64,000 bases of DNA from Selaginella moellendorffii (Eukaryota; Plantae; Lycopodiophyta). Where the stretch lies: assembly GCF_000143415.4 (NCBI RefSeq), contig NW_003314261.1, positions 5,234,360 through 5,298,359 on the forward strand, written 5' to 3'. The translations under genes were made by a program, and so were the position numbers. The stretch's first letter is position 1; each line of letters begins with the position of its first letter. The notes under the pieces were generated by a model. It did not search any database. It was not told where the DNA came from and worked only from the letters and a program-made list of their open reading frames with translations. Shown here one piece after another: positions 12,521-24,409 of the stretch.

Positions 12521-15009
12521 TGTTCCTTAGTCCGACTTTTATTGGTGCTCAAGTATATCACCACTAGTGTTGGCATCGGAAGGCCCGAGGAGTGGGCCTA
12601 TCCTTGAGGAGTAGCAAGTCGGGAAGACATGGCTCTCCATTACAGTTCATGTGTGAACTTGTAGACGAGGTGGTGGATAGAAAAGGGCCAATAATGGAAC
12701 GACTTTGGGATCTTGGGAACAGTGCAAGGTTTTCCTCATTGAGTTGAGGATGTGATCCGGATGAGCATTTGTCTCAGCAAATTGGCTAAGGTTGTTGTGG
12801 TAAACAACTAAAGTTGGGATCACGGGAAAGATAAAGACTCCAAAGCAATAAAGGAGTCACAAGATTTTCCTCATATAGTTGAGGTTGGTGCTCATGAAGG
12901 TGAGACCAGAAGTAATGACCGTGGGAGGTCAAATACGGAAGAGGACTCAAGTCCTTGAAAAGGTAGCCGGGGCTACCTCTAATAAATGCTGGAACAACCC
13001 CAGGAGTTGGGGGTGTATTAAGTGGATGAGTTGGTGTTCTCATCACATGGACAAGTAGTCCTAAGGGGCAAAGGTTGCCCCCAGAGAACAAAATCAAGTG
13101 TCAGAGTAACACTTGTGAAAATAGTCCTTTTGAGTAGGACAGGAATGCAAGAAGTGTATTCCAGTGAGCTAGTGCCTCACAAGTAGGACCTTACGGGTCT
13201 GTGGATTAACCAAGTCCAAAACTGCTGGATGACTCAAGTAAAGTCAACGGATGGTCCTAAAAGGACGGATGGAAGCATTTGGACTGAGGTGTGTTGTACC
13301 CCACAAAGGATGGGGGGGGATCATAGGATCCAAGGATGAGAACAGAGGGTATCTCATCAATGGCAGAATGTGCCATGCTAAAGTTATGGGAAAGGTGTTC
13401 CCAGAAGAAAACAACTTTGACATAAAGTTGTGTGTGACCTCTATGGTGCAGTGCTAACGGATGGTTGGCATAAGAAAGAGCGGTGTTGGTCTTGGCAAAG
13501 ACTTAGACACGAAGGGGAAACGTCATAGAGGTAGGCTCGTGGAGCCGATGGGGTGGAGACACCAAATGTGCCAAGGTGTGATACCTTGAGGCTATGTTGG
13601 TGGGTTCATGAGAACCCCTTGCCAAAGGAATCCCAGTGGAAATGGGGAAAGCATAGCCTAAGTTGCAGAGCATGCAGTTGGAGTGTGGTGACCCAGATAA
13701 TGATAGAGGTGTGAAAGCACCAAGCAATGAGTTGTAGGACTTGACAACTATGAGGCAACTAAGCAAGAGGTGCAAAATAACTGGTTAAACGGGTAGAAGG
13801 TAGCTACCCAAGACTTCTTAATAGCATAAGGAAGTTGGATATACCCTTACGGGGGATAAGTTGCTTGTGTTGCGATATAGTAAGTCAATGTCATAAAAGG
13901 AAATACTCATTGTCAAGAAAGCCATCATTGGGACACCCGGACACTCTAGAACACCAGAAGGTGGTGTTTGATGTCGCGAGGGCAATGGATAAAGCCCAAG
14001 GGACTAAGTCCCTAGCGAATGATGGATAGAAGGTGCTATCCAAATGTCCAAAGTTGCGGAGACAGGAGAGGACTGTCTACCCGAGTTGGACAAAGCCAAA
14101 AATGGAATTTTGGCAAGGCTAGTGATGGGCATGTAAAGGCCCACAAGCAACAATGTAATCCCAGTGTGTGGGATTATAAGCTGAGCATACCCGGATTGAG
14201 GAACCACTCCCTGGGCTATTGGGTAGGTTCATCCCTAAGAATACTTGCTAAGGCATGATAGAAAGTGCAAAGCTATCCTCCTGGTCTGGAGGAGAATGAC
14301 CGAAGGAAAGGTGTGAAGCCAAAGGCAAGTAGTATTGGGATGGAACTGAACCATAGAAATCAAAGGGCATATCCAACAGTGGTTATGGAAGTTGGGAGTG
14401 GAGAATCAAGAGGGTGCTCGAGGATGTTGTTGCTAGCAACCGTGATGCCATGGAGAGTCTAAAATATGGAATTGTCCATGTTAGACTATATGCCAACTAT
14501 AAAGCTTACGAAAGGGGAAGCCTTAGCAAGCTGAGGGACAGAGTTCCTTCAAGGTTCCCAAAGACGATTCTAGGTAGCGTAGTACCTAGAAAGGCCAAGT
14601 GTAAATGGTTCATGGAACGCGCGAAATCAGAGTGGCGCAGCAGAAGCGTGGTCTTGAAGCTTGCCATGAGGCAAGGTTATCAAGGTTAGGGAAGTAGTTC
14701 CCGAGTGTTCAAAGAGAGGGCTTTGAACGAAAGTCGATGGTCAAGGACTTTCACGCCTATGCAGGAACCATGTTACAATGGTCGGAGGACTTGCCAAGTG
14801 AGATTGGCACGTCGGGGGAACAAAGACCCTAGTTGAAGGTGATAACTTCAAAAAGGGTGGGCCATGGGGCCGAGCATGGAGGAGTCCATGCATGATCACA
14901 GACATGTCAAGTGAGAGGACTTGGCAGTGTGGAGGAACCAGGTTCCTAAGCTGTGATCTGTAGCACGCTTTAAAAATAGGTTGGTGCACCGGCGTGGGGA
15001 GTCAGGCCA

Positions 15010-15105
15010 GGCATCTAGTGTGATGCCGTCCGTAGATGCATATACGGAGGTTGGGTTCGAGACCCGACCCTCTAGTGCTTGGGTTCGAGTCCCAAATCAC
15101 TAGGG
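15010..15105 (+). other. Cluster of four adjacent RNA hairpins in the C internal domain
   Basis: Stems GGCATC/GATGCC, TCCGTA/TACGGA, GGTTGGG/CCCGACC and CTAGTG-TTGGG/CCCAA-CACTAG, read directly from the sequence. Confidence 0.6.
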
Positions 15106-16555
15106 CGTGGTGATGGTTTGGAATATGAGGACACTCATATTTCGGTGGTCATGGACTCTCAGTGGGGAGACTGGTTTGGGCACACCGCCAAGCGAGGGAT
15201 GCCTCGGAGTCGTGATGCACGGTTAGATTGCTTAGTGTGAAAGCTCAGCATATCTAACTTGAACACTTTGGTGCAAGTGGCACCAAGGTCGTGGTGAGTG
15301 AGATGGGGACACCTAATCTCAGTTGCTATGAACCCTTGGCCGTAAGGGCTAGCTTGGGTGCACCGCCAAGTGTGGGGGATGCCCCCGGGGTTATAGTCAA
15401 CAACTTGGAGGTCTAGAAAACCAAGTACCTCTTGGCAACTCTGTTAAGGTGCCAAAGTGAGATCACTAGGTGATCTTATGGCCAGAAAAGGACAAGGTCC
15501 TTGGTTGGCTAAGGAATGAAGTTCCTGGTTCAAAATGTTGAAATTGAACTGTTTAAGGTGGTGTGGCTTGGTCGTGATAACCAAGTGGGAAGAGCACCTA
15601 AGGGAAATAAACTATGTCCGTGCGATGGCATAGTGAGTCCGAGGAAAGTAGTCTCTATAAAAGACCCATGGGAGGGTCACGAAGTTGGGCCGTGGATAGA
15701 GCCCATAGTAGAAGATGCTAAAGAGACGTACTAGGGGTGAACATCCTCCGGACTTGGCAAAGAAGAGTCTTTGCTATGGAACCGAAACAATACCTCAAGG
15801 AGGGAGGTAGAGATTTGATGTTGCTTGGTGCAACAATCAATGGATAGGAGCAAAAGATGAGTGGCCAAGATAGGGCCGTGGAATCCCTTGGAAGGAATCC
15901 AAGTGACAAAGTTAGGCGAGGAACACTAATGTGTTAGACGCTAACAAGTTGCGGGAAAGGAAGTGTGTTTCCAAGGAGGGATTCCGAATTGCTCCGATTT
16001 GGCGAAAGTGGAAGCTCCAAGGGAGGGAGCGGTAAGGTAGCCAAATGATAGGGCGATGGACAACCCTAGCACAAAGTGTGATAAATGGAACTTAGTGCCC
16101 AAGGTGGCACGAAATAGAAGAGAGGATGATGGTGCCCTCAAGTAATGAACTTCCTAGGATAGGGAAGTGGAGTTGCACAAACTGTGCAATGCAAGGTGTT
16201 GGAGACACCTAGGAAATTGACTCCAAGAAGTCAAAAATTCAAAGTTCCAAAGTGCAAAGGTTATATCGATGGAAATTGAGACTACTCGAGAAGGAGTAGT
16301 GGGATTGACTTAGAGAAGGGTCTCTAAGAGGTTTAGCGAGAACTAAACCAATAAAAGGATGAACCATTACATGTGGTCCAATCAGTCTCTAAATTGGAAA
16401 GACTACGCTCCTTAAAGGATGGACAAGGCATGGTGAGCCTTTGATGTCAAACCATAGACAAAGATTGGCTAGGTGCCAAGGATGGAAATGGTAACACGTG
16501 TGGGTGTTACTTTATGAAAGGGTTTACCGTTCGATGAGGACATCGAACTTCGTCT

Positions 16556-16569
16556 ATGGGTGGTGGAGT
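16556..16569 (+). promoter_or_regulatory. Polypurine tract of element C
   Basis: ATGGGTGGTGGAGT directly before the 3' LTR TG. Confidence 0.65.
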
Positions 16570-18337
16570 TGTGAGACACAAAATCCCTAGGCCCCAAAGT
16601 GGAGCTGGAAGGGTGCCACGTGGTAGTGGCCAAAGCGAGAGCCAAACGAGCGTAACACGTTTGGACCAAAAGCTCCGACTTGAAAAGTCAAGAGCGGGAG
16701 TGGAACTCCCAACGAAGTGCTCGAGGAATGAGCACGAAGCGAGCAAAAGGCGAGGCTCCAAAAAGGGACCCAAAAGGACCAACACATGACACGTGGGAGT
16801 GTCCGAGGTGGACTCGAGTTGGAGTCCGAAGTGGAGTCCGAGATGGACCCAAGTTGGAGTCCAAAATGGAGTCCGAGATGGACCCGAGATGGAGTCCGAG
16901 ATGGAGTCCGAAGTGGAGTCCGAGGTGGACCCGAGATGGAACCGAGTTGGAGTCCGAAGTGGAGTCCGAGATGGAGTCCGAGATGGAGTCCGAGGTGGAC
17001 CCGAGATGGACCCGAGTTGGAGTCCGAAGTGGAGTCCGAGATGGACCCGAGATGGAGTCCGAGATGGAGTCCGAGATGGAGTCCGAGGTGGACCCGAGAT
17101 GGACCCGAAATAGAGTCCGAGATGGAGTCCGAGATGGACCCGAGATGGAGTCCGAGATGGAGTCCGAGATGGAGTCCGAGATGGAGTCCGAGACCGGGAC
17201 CGAGACCGAGACCGAGACCGAGATCGGGACCGAGACCGAGACCGAGGCCGAGGCCGAGACCGAGCCCGAGCCCGAGTCCGAGTCCGAATCCGAGTCCGAG
17301 TCCGAGTCCGAGTCCGAGTCCGAGTCCGAGTCCGGAGCCTGAGAGGGTGAAAGCCCAAAGCGTTCGTCTCCCAGACCCTGGGGGGTTTGGTGAGCTCCAA
17401 AAGTATAGTAGGGGGAGGACTGCAGTGGAGCCAGTTTGGCCAGGAAAGGCCAGTTTGGCCCAGGAAGGCCAGACCCAGTGTTGGGTGATGAACTGACCAC
17501 TGGGAAGTCCAAGACTAGAGTGAATACGGACCGACAAGCGGGGTAGCTTGGTGAAGTGTTCAAGAGCCGGCTCTAGTTCCCCCGGGAGATCGACTGGCCG
17601 ATGCTCCCAGTCCAAGTGTGGGTGGCACTACCTACTTGGATACCTGGTGTGGCTCAACGGAACCCGCTCTAAGCCCATGGCTAGAGCACCCAAGGGCAGA
17701 AGGTGAGGAGAGTACCCAGGTGGCTCGTGTAAGGCCACGGTGTTCCGAAATGTTGTCCCAAAGGCCCAGACTGTGGAAAGGAAGAGGAGCAGTCCTCTGG
17801 GGTAGTGACCAAGGACACAGTCACACAGTGAGGAAGTCCTAGAGGATAGTGGGACTTAGTGGTCGGGCCAGTGGGCCTCGATCCAGTGGCAATGTTGGCG
17901 AACACAGCCAAGGACAGAAAGGGACTTGGTGGGGACCGGAACAGAGATATTGGGGAAGGCTATTCCCCATGTCTGTAGGCATCCTAAGGATGTTAAGGAG
18001 TGGATCTGGGATGATCACTCATGGATGGATGACCCAATCTTTGAGGGACGGGATTGGAATGTAGGTGGTGTTGGACCACCAGTGTGACCGAGGTAAATGG
18101 GCATGGCCTTAGCGTAACGGGCCGATATGTCGATGGTACCTTGGGGTGTCGATCATGGGATCGGACACGTGGAGCACTTGGACCAAGTGCTAAGGTTGAG
18201 TGGCATGGATGCCATTCTCGGGGCTAGCAAGCCCCAAGTCCTGAGTTGGGCTTATGGAGGTTGTGAATGAGACTCCTCCAAGTGGTCGGAGGTGTGGTTA
18301 AGTGACTGAAGTAGAATGGAAAAATTAGTCGCTTACA
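16570..18337 (+). repeat. 3' LTR of element C (1768 bp)
   Basis: Differs from the 5' LTR by one GAGTCC unit and about five substitutions seen by eye. Confidence 0.95.
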
Positions 18338-18342
18338 CAGTT

Positions 18343-18476
18343 TCTCAACTAGCTCAAGTGGGAACAAATAACAAGCCTAGCAATACTGACTTTTTGCCGT
18401 TGTGGTAGTAAAGAAAGAATGTCTAAAAGGATTAGTCGACAGGTAACTTTGGATATCTAAAGTCACATTTGCGACA
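18343..18476 (-). mobile_element. 5' LTR of element A, right fragment
   Basis: Continues the alignment with 3890-4021 and ends ...AGTCACATTTGCGACA. Confidence 0.8.
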
Positions 18477-18599
18477 CTTTGGTTGTGTTGCCATATGCCT
18501 CATCATATTTTAATTGGCACTTAAATAATCAATTAGCTGCTTTGCATCAAATGTGCTTAAATATCACAAGGATAAATATATCTTGAGCTTCAAGTGACC

Positions 18600-19450
18600 A
18601 CATATTCAAAGATGTTAAAATGTTGCTTATCAAATATTTAAATTATTACTTTTCAAAAATTGTAATTGCCTACTACTTAAGAAGTAACATTTAAATTTTT
18701 ATCATGAACTTTTGCCATAGCTACATTAAAGTTTAACAATATGCAAGCATCATATATTTTCTAAAGCAATTGAATAAACTTTAGATTTTTAAACAAGTTA
18801 TAAGTAAAATGCCCCATATAAAATCTATAATACGTGTTATCAAATATTGATTGATAATCTTCTTATATATATTTTTGCTAATTAGAGAGGAAAGTGTAAT
18901 GTATACCATTATAATGCTAAATTCTAATTAATATTTATAAATACTTAATGAACCAAATTTAATTTTCATTATTTTCAGCATTAATCACACCAAATGCAAA
19001 AGGAAACAATGAGTCTATGTATCTAAAGTATTTTGACTTAAAATACATATTATCAAGGCTGATCAAAAGTTTACAATCCATAAAACCAATAAAGTGAATA
19101 TAAGTTTTATTAGCCTTGACATTAAAACAAAAAAAATTCATATACAAATAGTTTTGCATAAGTTATGTTATGATTTCCATGAATTTCTGTTGTAGTGTTT
19201 TCTTTTACTCTCTAAGCCTTGTATTAAAATATAAAAACACCACACTCGCAATGCATTTCAACCATTATATGCTTTTCAATGCCACATTTAATTCATCTTT
19301 CACTTATTGCTTGAAGTGATATATAATCTAAAAATCATGTGGAGGAATGTTTCTATTATGAATTTGATTTTCCACTTAACATCCCAAATACTTAATCCTA
19401 CCACATGAATGCTTATTCACAAATGTCTTGATTGAGTAAAATAAGCTTTT
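18600..19450 (-). mobile_element. Degenerate MuDR/MULE transposase remnant
   Basis: GFMDCKLLISLDNMYFKSKYF...LFPFAFGVINAENNEN resembles the MULE DDE region (GF..CRP.i.iDgtfl..kY...fPlAFavv..E). AT-rich and decayed. Confidence 0.5.
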
Positions 19451-19949
19451 ATAAAATAATAACTACATTTTTCACTATTATCCTTAAATTCTTGATTGAA
19501 TCATATACCCTTGAAATAAGTTTGTGAAAATCCATTTAGCCGTGGGCATTATTTTTTCTAAATTAAAACAGAATATTCCTTTGAAATGCTCTTAAACTTC
19601 AGACTTTATGGAAAAGCAATTTTCCCTTTATCTTAATTGGAATTCCAACCAGCCTAGAATTTATCCTCGTTCGTCTTCTTTCACCTCGAGAATGTCGCCA
19701 GCGCGAGTGCCAAATCCTTCTCGGTGGTTGCGAGCGCGAAGAGTTCTCTCTTTATTCCTCTTCTCCTTCTGGCTTCTCAAGCGATGAGCCCTAGCAGTTC
19801 ATCCCTCGCGGGTTGCTGCTCGATCCGCCAGCTGCAGCGTAGCGAGTGGGAAAGATAGTGGCTGGGGTGGAAATATTTCCTGACACCATAGCCGCGAGGG
19901 TTTTTAATTGTGTGCTATCTTGAAGTATTTTGATAGCGAGTGAGAGACG

Positions 19950-21265
19950 ATGGCAATGGCGATGGCGCCGCCGCACAAGAGGGATTCCAAGCTCCATCTC
20001 TATGTGGATTTCATGTCGCAGCCGTCACGAGCGATTCTCATCTTCTGCCAGTAAGTTCTATGGATTGATTTGCTCCTCTTGATCACTACAAAGGCGCATT
20101 TTCTTTGCGCCAGGATTTTTTCTTGGGATTTTTTTTCCTCCTGTTGTTTTTTGAGGATATTTGCCTGCGTTTCTTAGCATTTTCTAGCTTCGCCAGCATT
20201 CGATTCTATATTTTTTTGTTCTTTTTTCTAATCGATTGATCTTTGGCTGCGTTTCGTACCATTTTCTAGCTCGGTCGTTTTTGTTCTCTTAATGTATTCG
20301 TTTACTTCTATTCGTTTGTTGTTGTTGTGATCTTTGCTCCAGGATCAATAACATCGACGCCGAGATTCACGTTGTCAACGTAGCTAAAGGCCAGCAAAGG
20401 ACTCCCGAGTTTAAAGGTATGTATCCTCTTCGTCTCCTATGAATCCCAAGTTTTGTTTGATTGTAGCTATCAATCCGATGGGCCAGGTGCCTGCTATTGT
20501 CGACCATGGATTTAAACTGTTTGAAAGGTCTAGTTTGTGCTGTCACATCTTCCAGGTCCTTAAACAAAATCTCTTTGCAGCCATGCTATCCTCAGATACC
20601 TTGCAGCTACTTATCCTAAAGTCCCCGACCACTGGTATGTTTTAACTTGGCTTAATCATAAATAAGTGTCTCCTCGCTGTCCAGGTATCCCTCGGATTTA
20701 TCTCGACGAGCTCGTATTGACAGCATCCTCGATTGGCATCATGCGAACTTACGACGCGGCGCAGGTAAATTGACGGTGTCACTGAGTAGAAGTTTTTTGC
20801 TGATTCGTGTCAAGTTTCAGCTGGTTTGGTGATGGCTTTGGTTCTCGCACCAGTTCTTGGACTGTCAAAAGATCCAAGGCTGGCCAGTGACTCCGAGAAA
20901 CTGCTAAGATCTTCCCTGTCGAAGATAGAAGACGTGTGGCTGCAAGGTGGCACCAAGTTTCTCGGTGGCTCCTTCAAACCAAGTATTGCCGATCTCAGCT
21001 TGTGCTGTGAAATCACGCAGCTAGAGGTAATCTCTTTCCATTTCGAGACTCCTTCCGCGACCTCTCTTTTGGTACTCTCCAGCTTCTCAGTGCAGCAAAA
21101 CTCTCGGATCTTCTTAGTCCGTTTCCAAAGCTAAGACAGTGGCTAATCGACACGGAGGAAGCAACGTCGCCGCACTTCGGCGAAATCCACAAGCTCCTGC
21201 GAAAGGCAGCGTCAAACTACGAGGCCCAGAGGCACGAGAAACTGGGATTCAAGTCCAAGCTCTAA
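19950..21265 (+). CDS. GSTT: Glutathione S-transferase, theta class, peroxisomal (7 coding exons)
   Basis: Spliced product LYVDFMSQPSRAILIFC...INPMGQVPAI..FKLFESHAILRYL...DWHH.NLRRGA...PSIADLSL.CE. C-terminal SKL (PTS1). GT-AG introns. Confidence 0.93.
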
Positions 21266-23229
21266 GGAAGAGCCCGTGGTTTTCATTTTCATCTCGTACA
21301 CTCCTCACATAACTTGTTACACCCGGCATATCAGAATGGACCCGCCACAAAATTTGTCAGCTAGGACTCTATCAGCTGGCGTCCCAGATTTACCCGTCAT
21401 CTCCAAGAATAACATCGGAGTCTTTCTAAACTCGTCGACACGCGCTTTGTTTGAAGTCTTTCGGGTCTGGTGAAAAACTTGCAAGGCCAAAGTTTCACAT
21501 CGTCAGCAACAGTGCCTGGAACTTTCACTGGGTAAAATCGAGAAAGTTAAAATCGAGAAAGTTACCAGCTCCCGTTTGAATACCAACTTACCAGAACCCA
21601 CTCACAACAGCGCCTCTAAAAAGGCGACCCACGAGACAATGCCAGCGTTTTGGCCAGAAGTTTTTTTAGGTCAGCCAGCGGCCGCCAGCGATCTCTTACA
21701 TGATAAGCGACACCAGCGAAAGGTGACACCCCATTTCAAATTCCTTTTCGTCGAATACGCAGTAAAAGAATAAAGGTAAAAACGAAACCGCGCGGATTTA
21801 ACCGCCGCCCAGCCAGGTTTGGTAAGAAAGAAGAGTATAAATGTCCTGGCAACCATGTGATGATCGTGTAAAATAGAAATAAAGCATGTGATGTATTGGT
21901 AAAAAATTTCTTTTTGGGTTTGAAGTATCAAGCCAAGCCATGGAGTAGAAATTACGCGTACTTTTAGCCTTAAGTTTTACACCTGATCCTTGTCACGCCA
22001 TGATTCGAACCTGCAAAGCGGCCTTTCTCGTGGACGAATGGAATCATCAGACGGTGGGAGCTCACCTACCTCTACCATCCAACGGTCCGTAAACGGGCGT
22101 GTGATTTTTTCCACCCCGCGGTTTTAACTCCATATCATAACCGGCGCCCGAAAATAGTGGTGACCACGTAATAAAGGGCGACCCATTCAAAGGCCAAAAG
22201 CGCGGGGCATTGCCGCAGACGTGGCCGCGCATCCGGTGGTTACAACCGCACGGCTACGTCGATCGGCCAACGATGGCGCGCCACGTCAGCGGCAGCGGCA
22301 GATGCTGTCCAAATGGGGAGTGGGGGATTAATCCGGGGTTAAAATTTCAACTTGGATGAACACAACACGGACATAGCTCCTCCCTGTGGGTTTTTGGCGA
22401 CGGCACACACAGCGCTGGGTTTTCTAGGTCATCCCCTTTCTCGAAGCGCCAAGATTTCTTTCTCCAGCGACGACGCCTAGCTCCAGCTTCCTAGCTCACT
22501 CGCAAGCGAGCGATTCTTTTCTCCCCGCGCCGCCGCGCTATCGGGAATCGGTGGCATCGCAGCGAAATTTCGAGCGGCTTCTCCGGTGAGTGTCCATCTC
22601 TCGGTTCTAGCCGTTTCGTCCGTCCTCTGTCATGCAATTTGCGTGTGGTTGCTTGTGCGTGAGAGATATTTCGGCCGTTCTTGGCATTTCTAGGAGTGAG
22701 AGAGAGGTGAGAGGGGGGAGAGCGAGTGTAATATCGCCCGGCGTGGCGTAGCGGCGCGGTTCTTTTGGTTCGATCATCAAGAACAAGAAGAAGAACCGGC
22801 CGGCGTTGCTATTACTTTCTTCGTGTGGCAGCATGGCGTTCAGTGGATAATGGGTAACAGCATGTTTTGCGTGTGGGGCACCACTGCATGGTGGTGTTGG
22901 TGTCGTTGGTGTTGTTAAGGGAAAAGCAAAGAGAGAGCTGGAGAGGAGAAAAAAATTAGCTCGCTACTTACTTAGCTGGGAGGAGGAAGAAAAAAGAAAG
23001 AGGTTCGAGGACTGGGCGACGGCCGGGTGGGCAGAGAGATGGAGCGGAATTGCTTGTGCTTGGCATGTTGCATTTGCCTACTGTTGGGCATTTTGTTTCT
23101 TTGTGCGGCTGGCTTTTGTGGGTCGTGCTGAATCGGCATATCTTTTGACTCACTCCTCTTCCATTGTTGGTTTCTTCTTCCTGCAGCCACACGGCGCCTT
23201 GACAACGGGTTTCTTCTTGGGCGAGCTTA

Positions 23230-24409
23230 ATGGAGGAGGCCGATTGCTGCTTGGACTCGTTTGGAATCGAGGAGCTGCTGGATTTCTCGCAGGACGGCCT
23301 CGCGGGTCCGATATGCGATCTCGAGGACAGCAGCAAGAACAGCGATTCTAGCGGGCTGTCTTCGCTCATCGACAGCCGGAGTTTTTGCGCTCCGGTACGT
23401 TTCTTGTGTTTCTTGCTGCCTCTGTTTTTTCTTGGGTGTGGAGTTTCTCATGCGGATTGTGCTTGTGTGTTTCCAGGAGCTGGGATGGTTCGATTTCGGG
23501 AATGCAAAGGTGTTGCTGGGCTCGTCGGCCCGGGAGGAGGAAAAGAACCGGATACGAGCGCAGCAGCAGCAGCAGCAGGAGCAGGAAGAGCAGCTATACA
23601 TGATGAGCCCGGTGTCTGTGCTGGAGAGCTGCGCGACATCGGAGAGGTCAGCCATGGTTTCAATCTCCTCGGTCCACGCCGGCGGCGATGTGAAGAACGT
23701 GTTTTCGAGCACGGGGAGGAGCAAGAGGGGGCGGACCATAACGCCCACAAAGACCAGCTACACAGCGAGCACGGACGATGAAGAGCAGGAGGACGTAGAG
23801 GACGACGACGACGACGACGACGACGCAGATGTGGAGCTCGAGGAGGAGGAATATGAGGTGGACGAAGAGGAGGAAGATGAGGAAGAGGAAGAGGAGGAAG
23901 AAGAGGAGGACGAGCACTCAGAGACTCACGAGTCGGACTGTGCTCTGTCGACGGAGAGCGAGGTGGCGACGGAGGATCAGGACGACGATGGCCTGATCAG
24001 GCTCCCGGCCGCGAAGAGGCAATGCAAAGATGCCCAGCAGCGACAAAACCAGGGGGTGGCTCAACGTCATCAAAGCTATCACCACCAGCAGCAGCAGCAG
24101 TCCGGTGATGGCCTGCCAGAGATGCCATCGAGGAAGTGCAGCCACTGCCAGACGCAGAAAACTCCACAGTGGCGAGCCGGTCCGTTGGGACCCAAGACGC
24201 TGTGCAACGCGTGCGGTGTCCGGTTTAAGTCGGGCCGGCTGCTGCCCGAGTACCGGCCCGCGGGGAGCCCGAGCTTCGTGTCGGACAAGCACTCCAACTC
24301 GCACAGGAAGGTGCTAGAGATGCGGCGGCAGCGGGAGATGGTGGTGATGAAGCATCTCAAGGAGGAGGCCGAGGGGGAGATTGCCGAGGAGGAGGTGCTT
24401 ATCGCCTGA
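23230..24409 (+). CDS. GATA transcription factor, plant class A (intron 23395-23476)
   Basis: IEELLDFS N-terminal motif, long acidic tract, and zinc finger [42 protein letters not shown]. Confidence 0.93.

Larger units (their letters stand above)
10732..18337 (+). mobile_element. Young full-length non-autonomous LTR retrotransposon C (LARD-like)
   Basis: Two near-identical TG...CA LTRs. 5-bp TSD CAGTT (10727-10731 and 18338-18342). PBS and PPT present. The 4064-bp internal region has no gag/pol ORF. Confidence 0.92.

Noticed and set aside
23261-23476. 382-aa GATA ORF starting at 23261
   Set aside because: It runs through the intron. The spliced model from ATG 23230 gives the conserved IEELLDFS motif.
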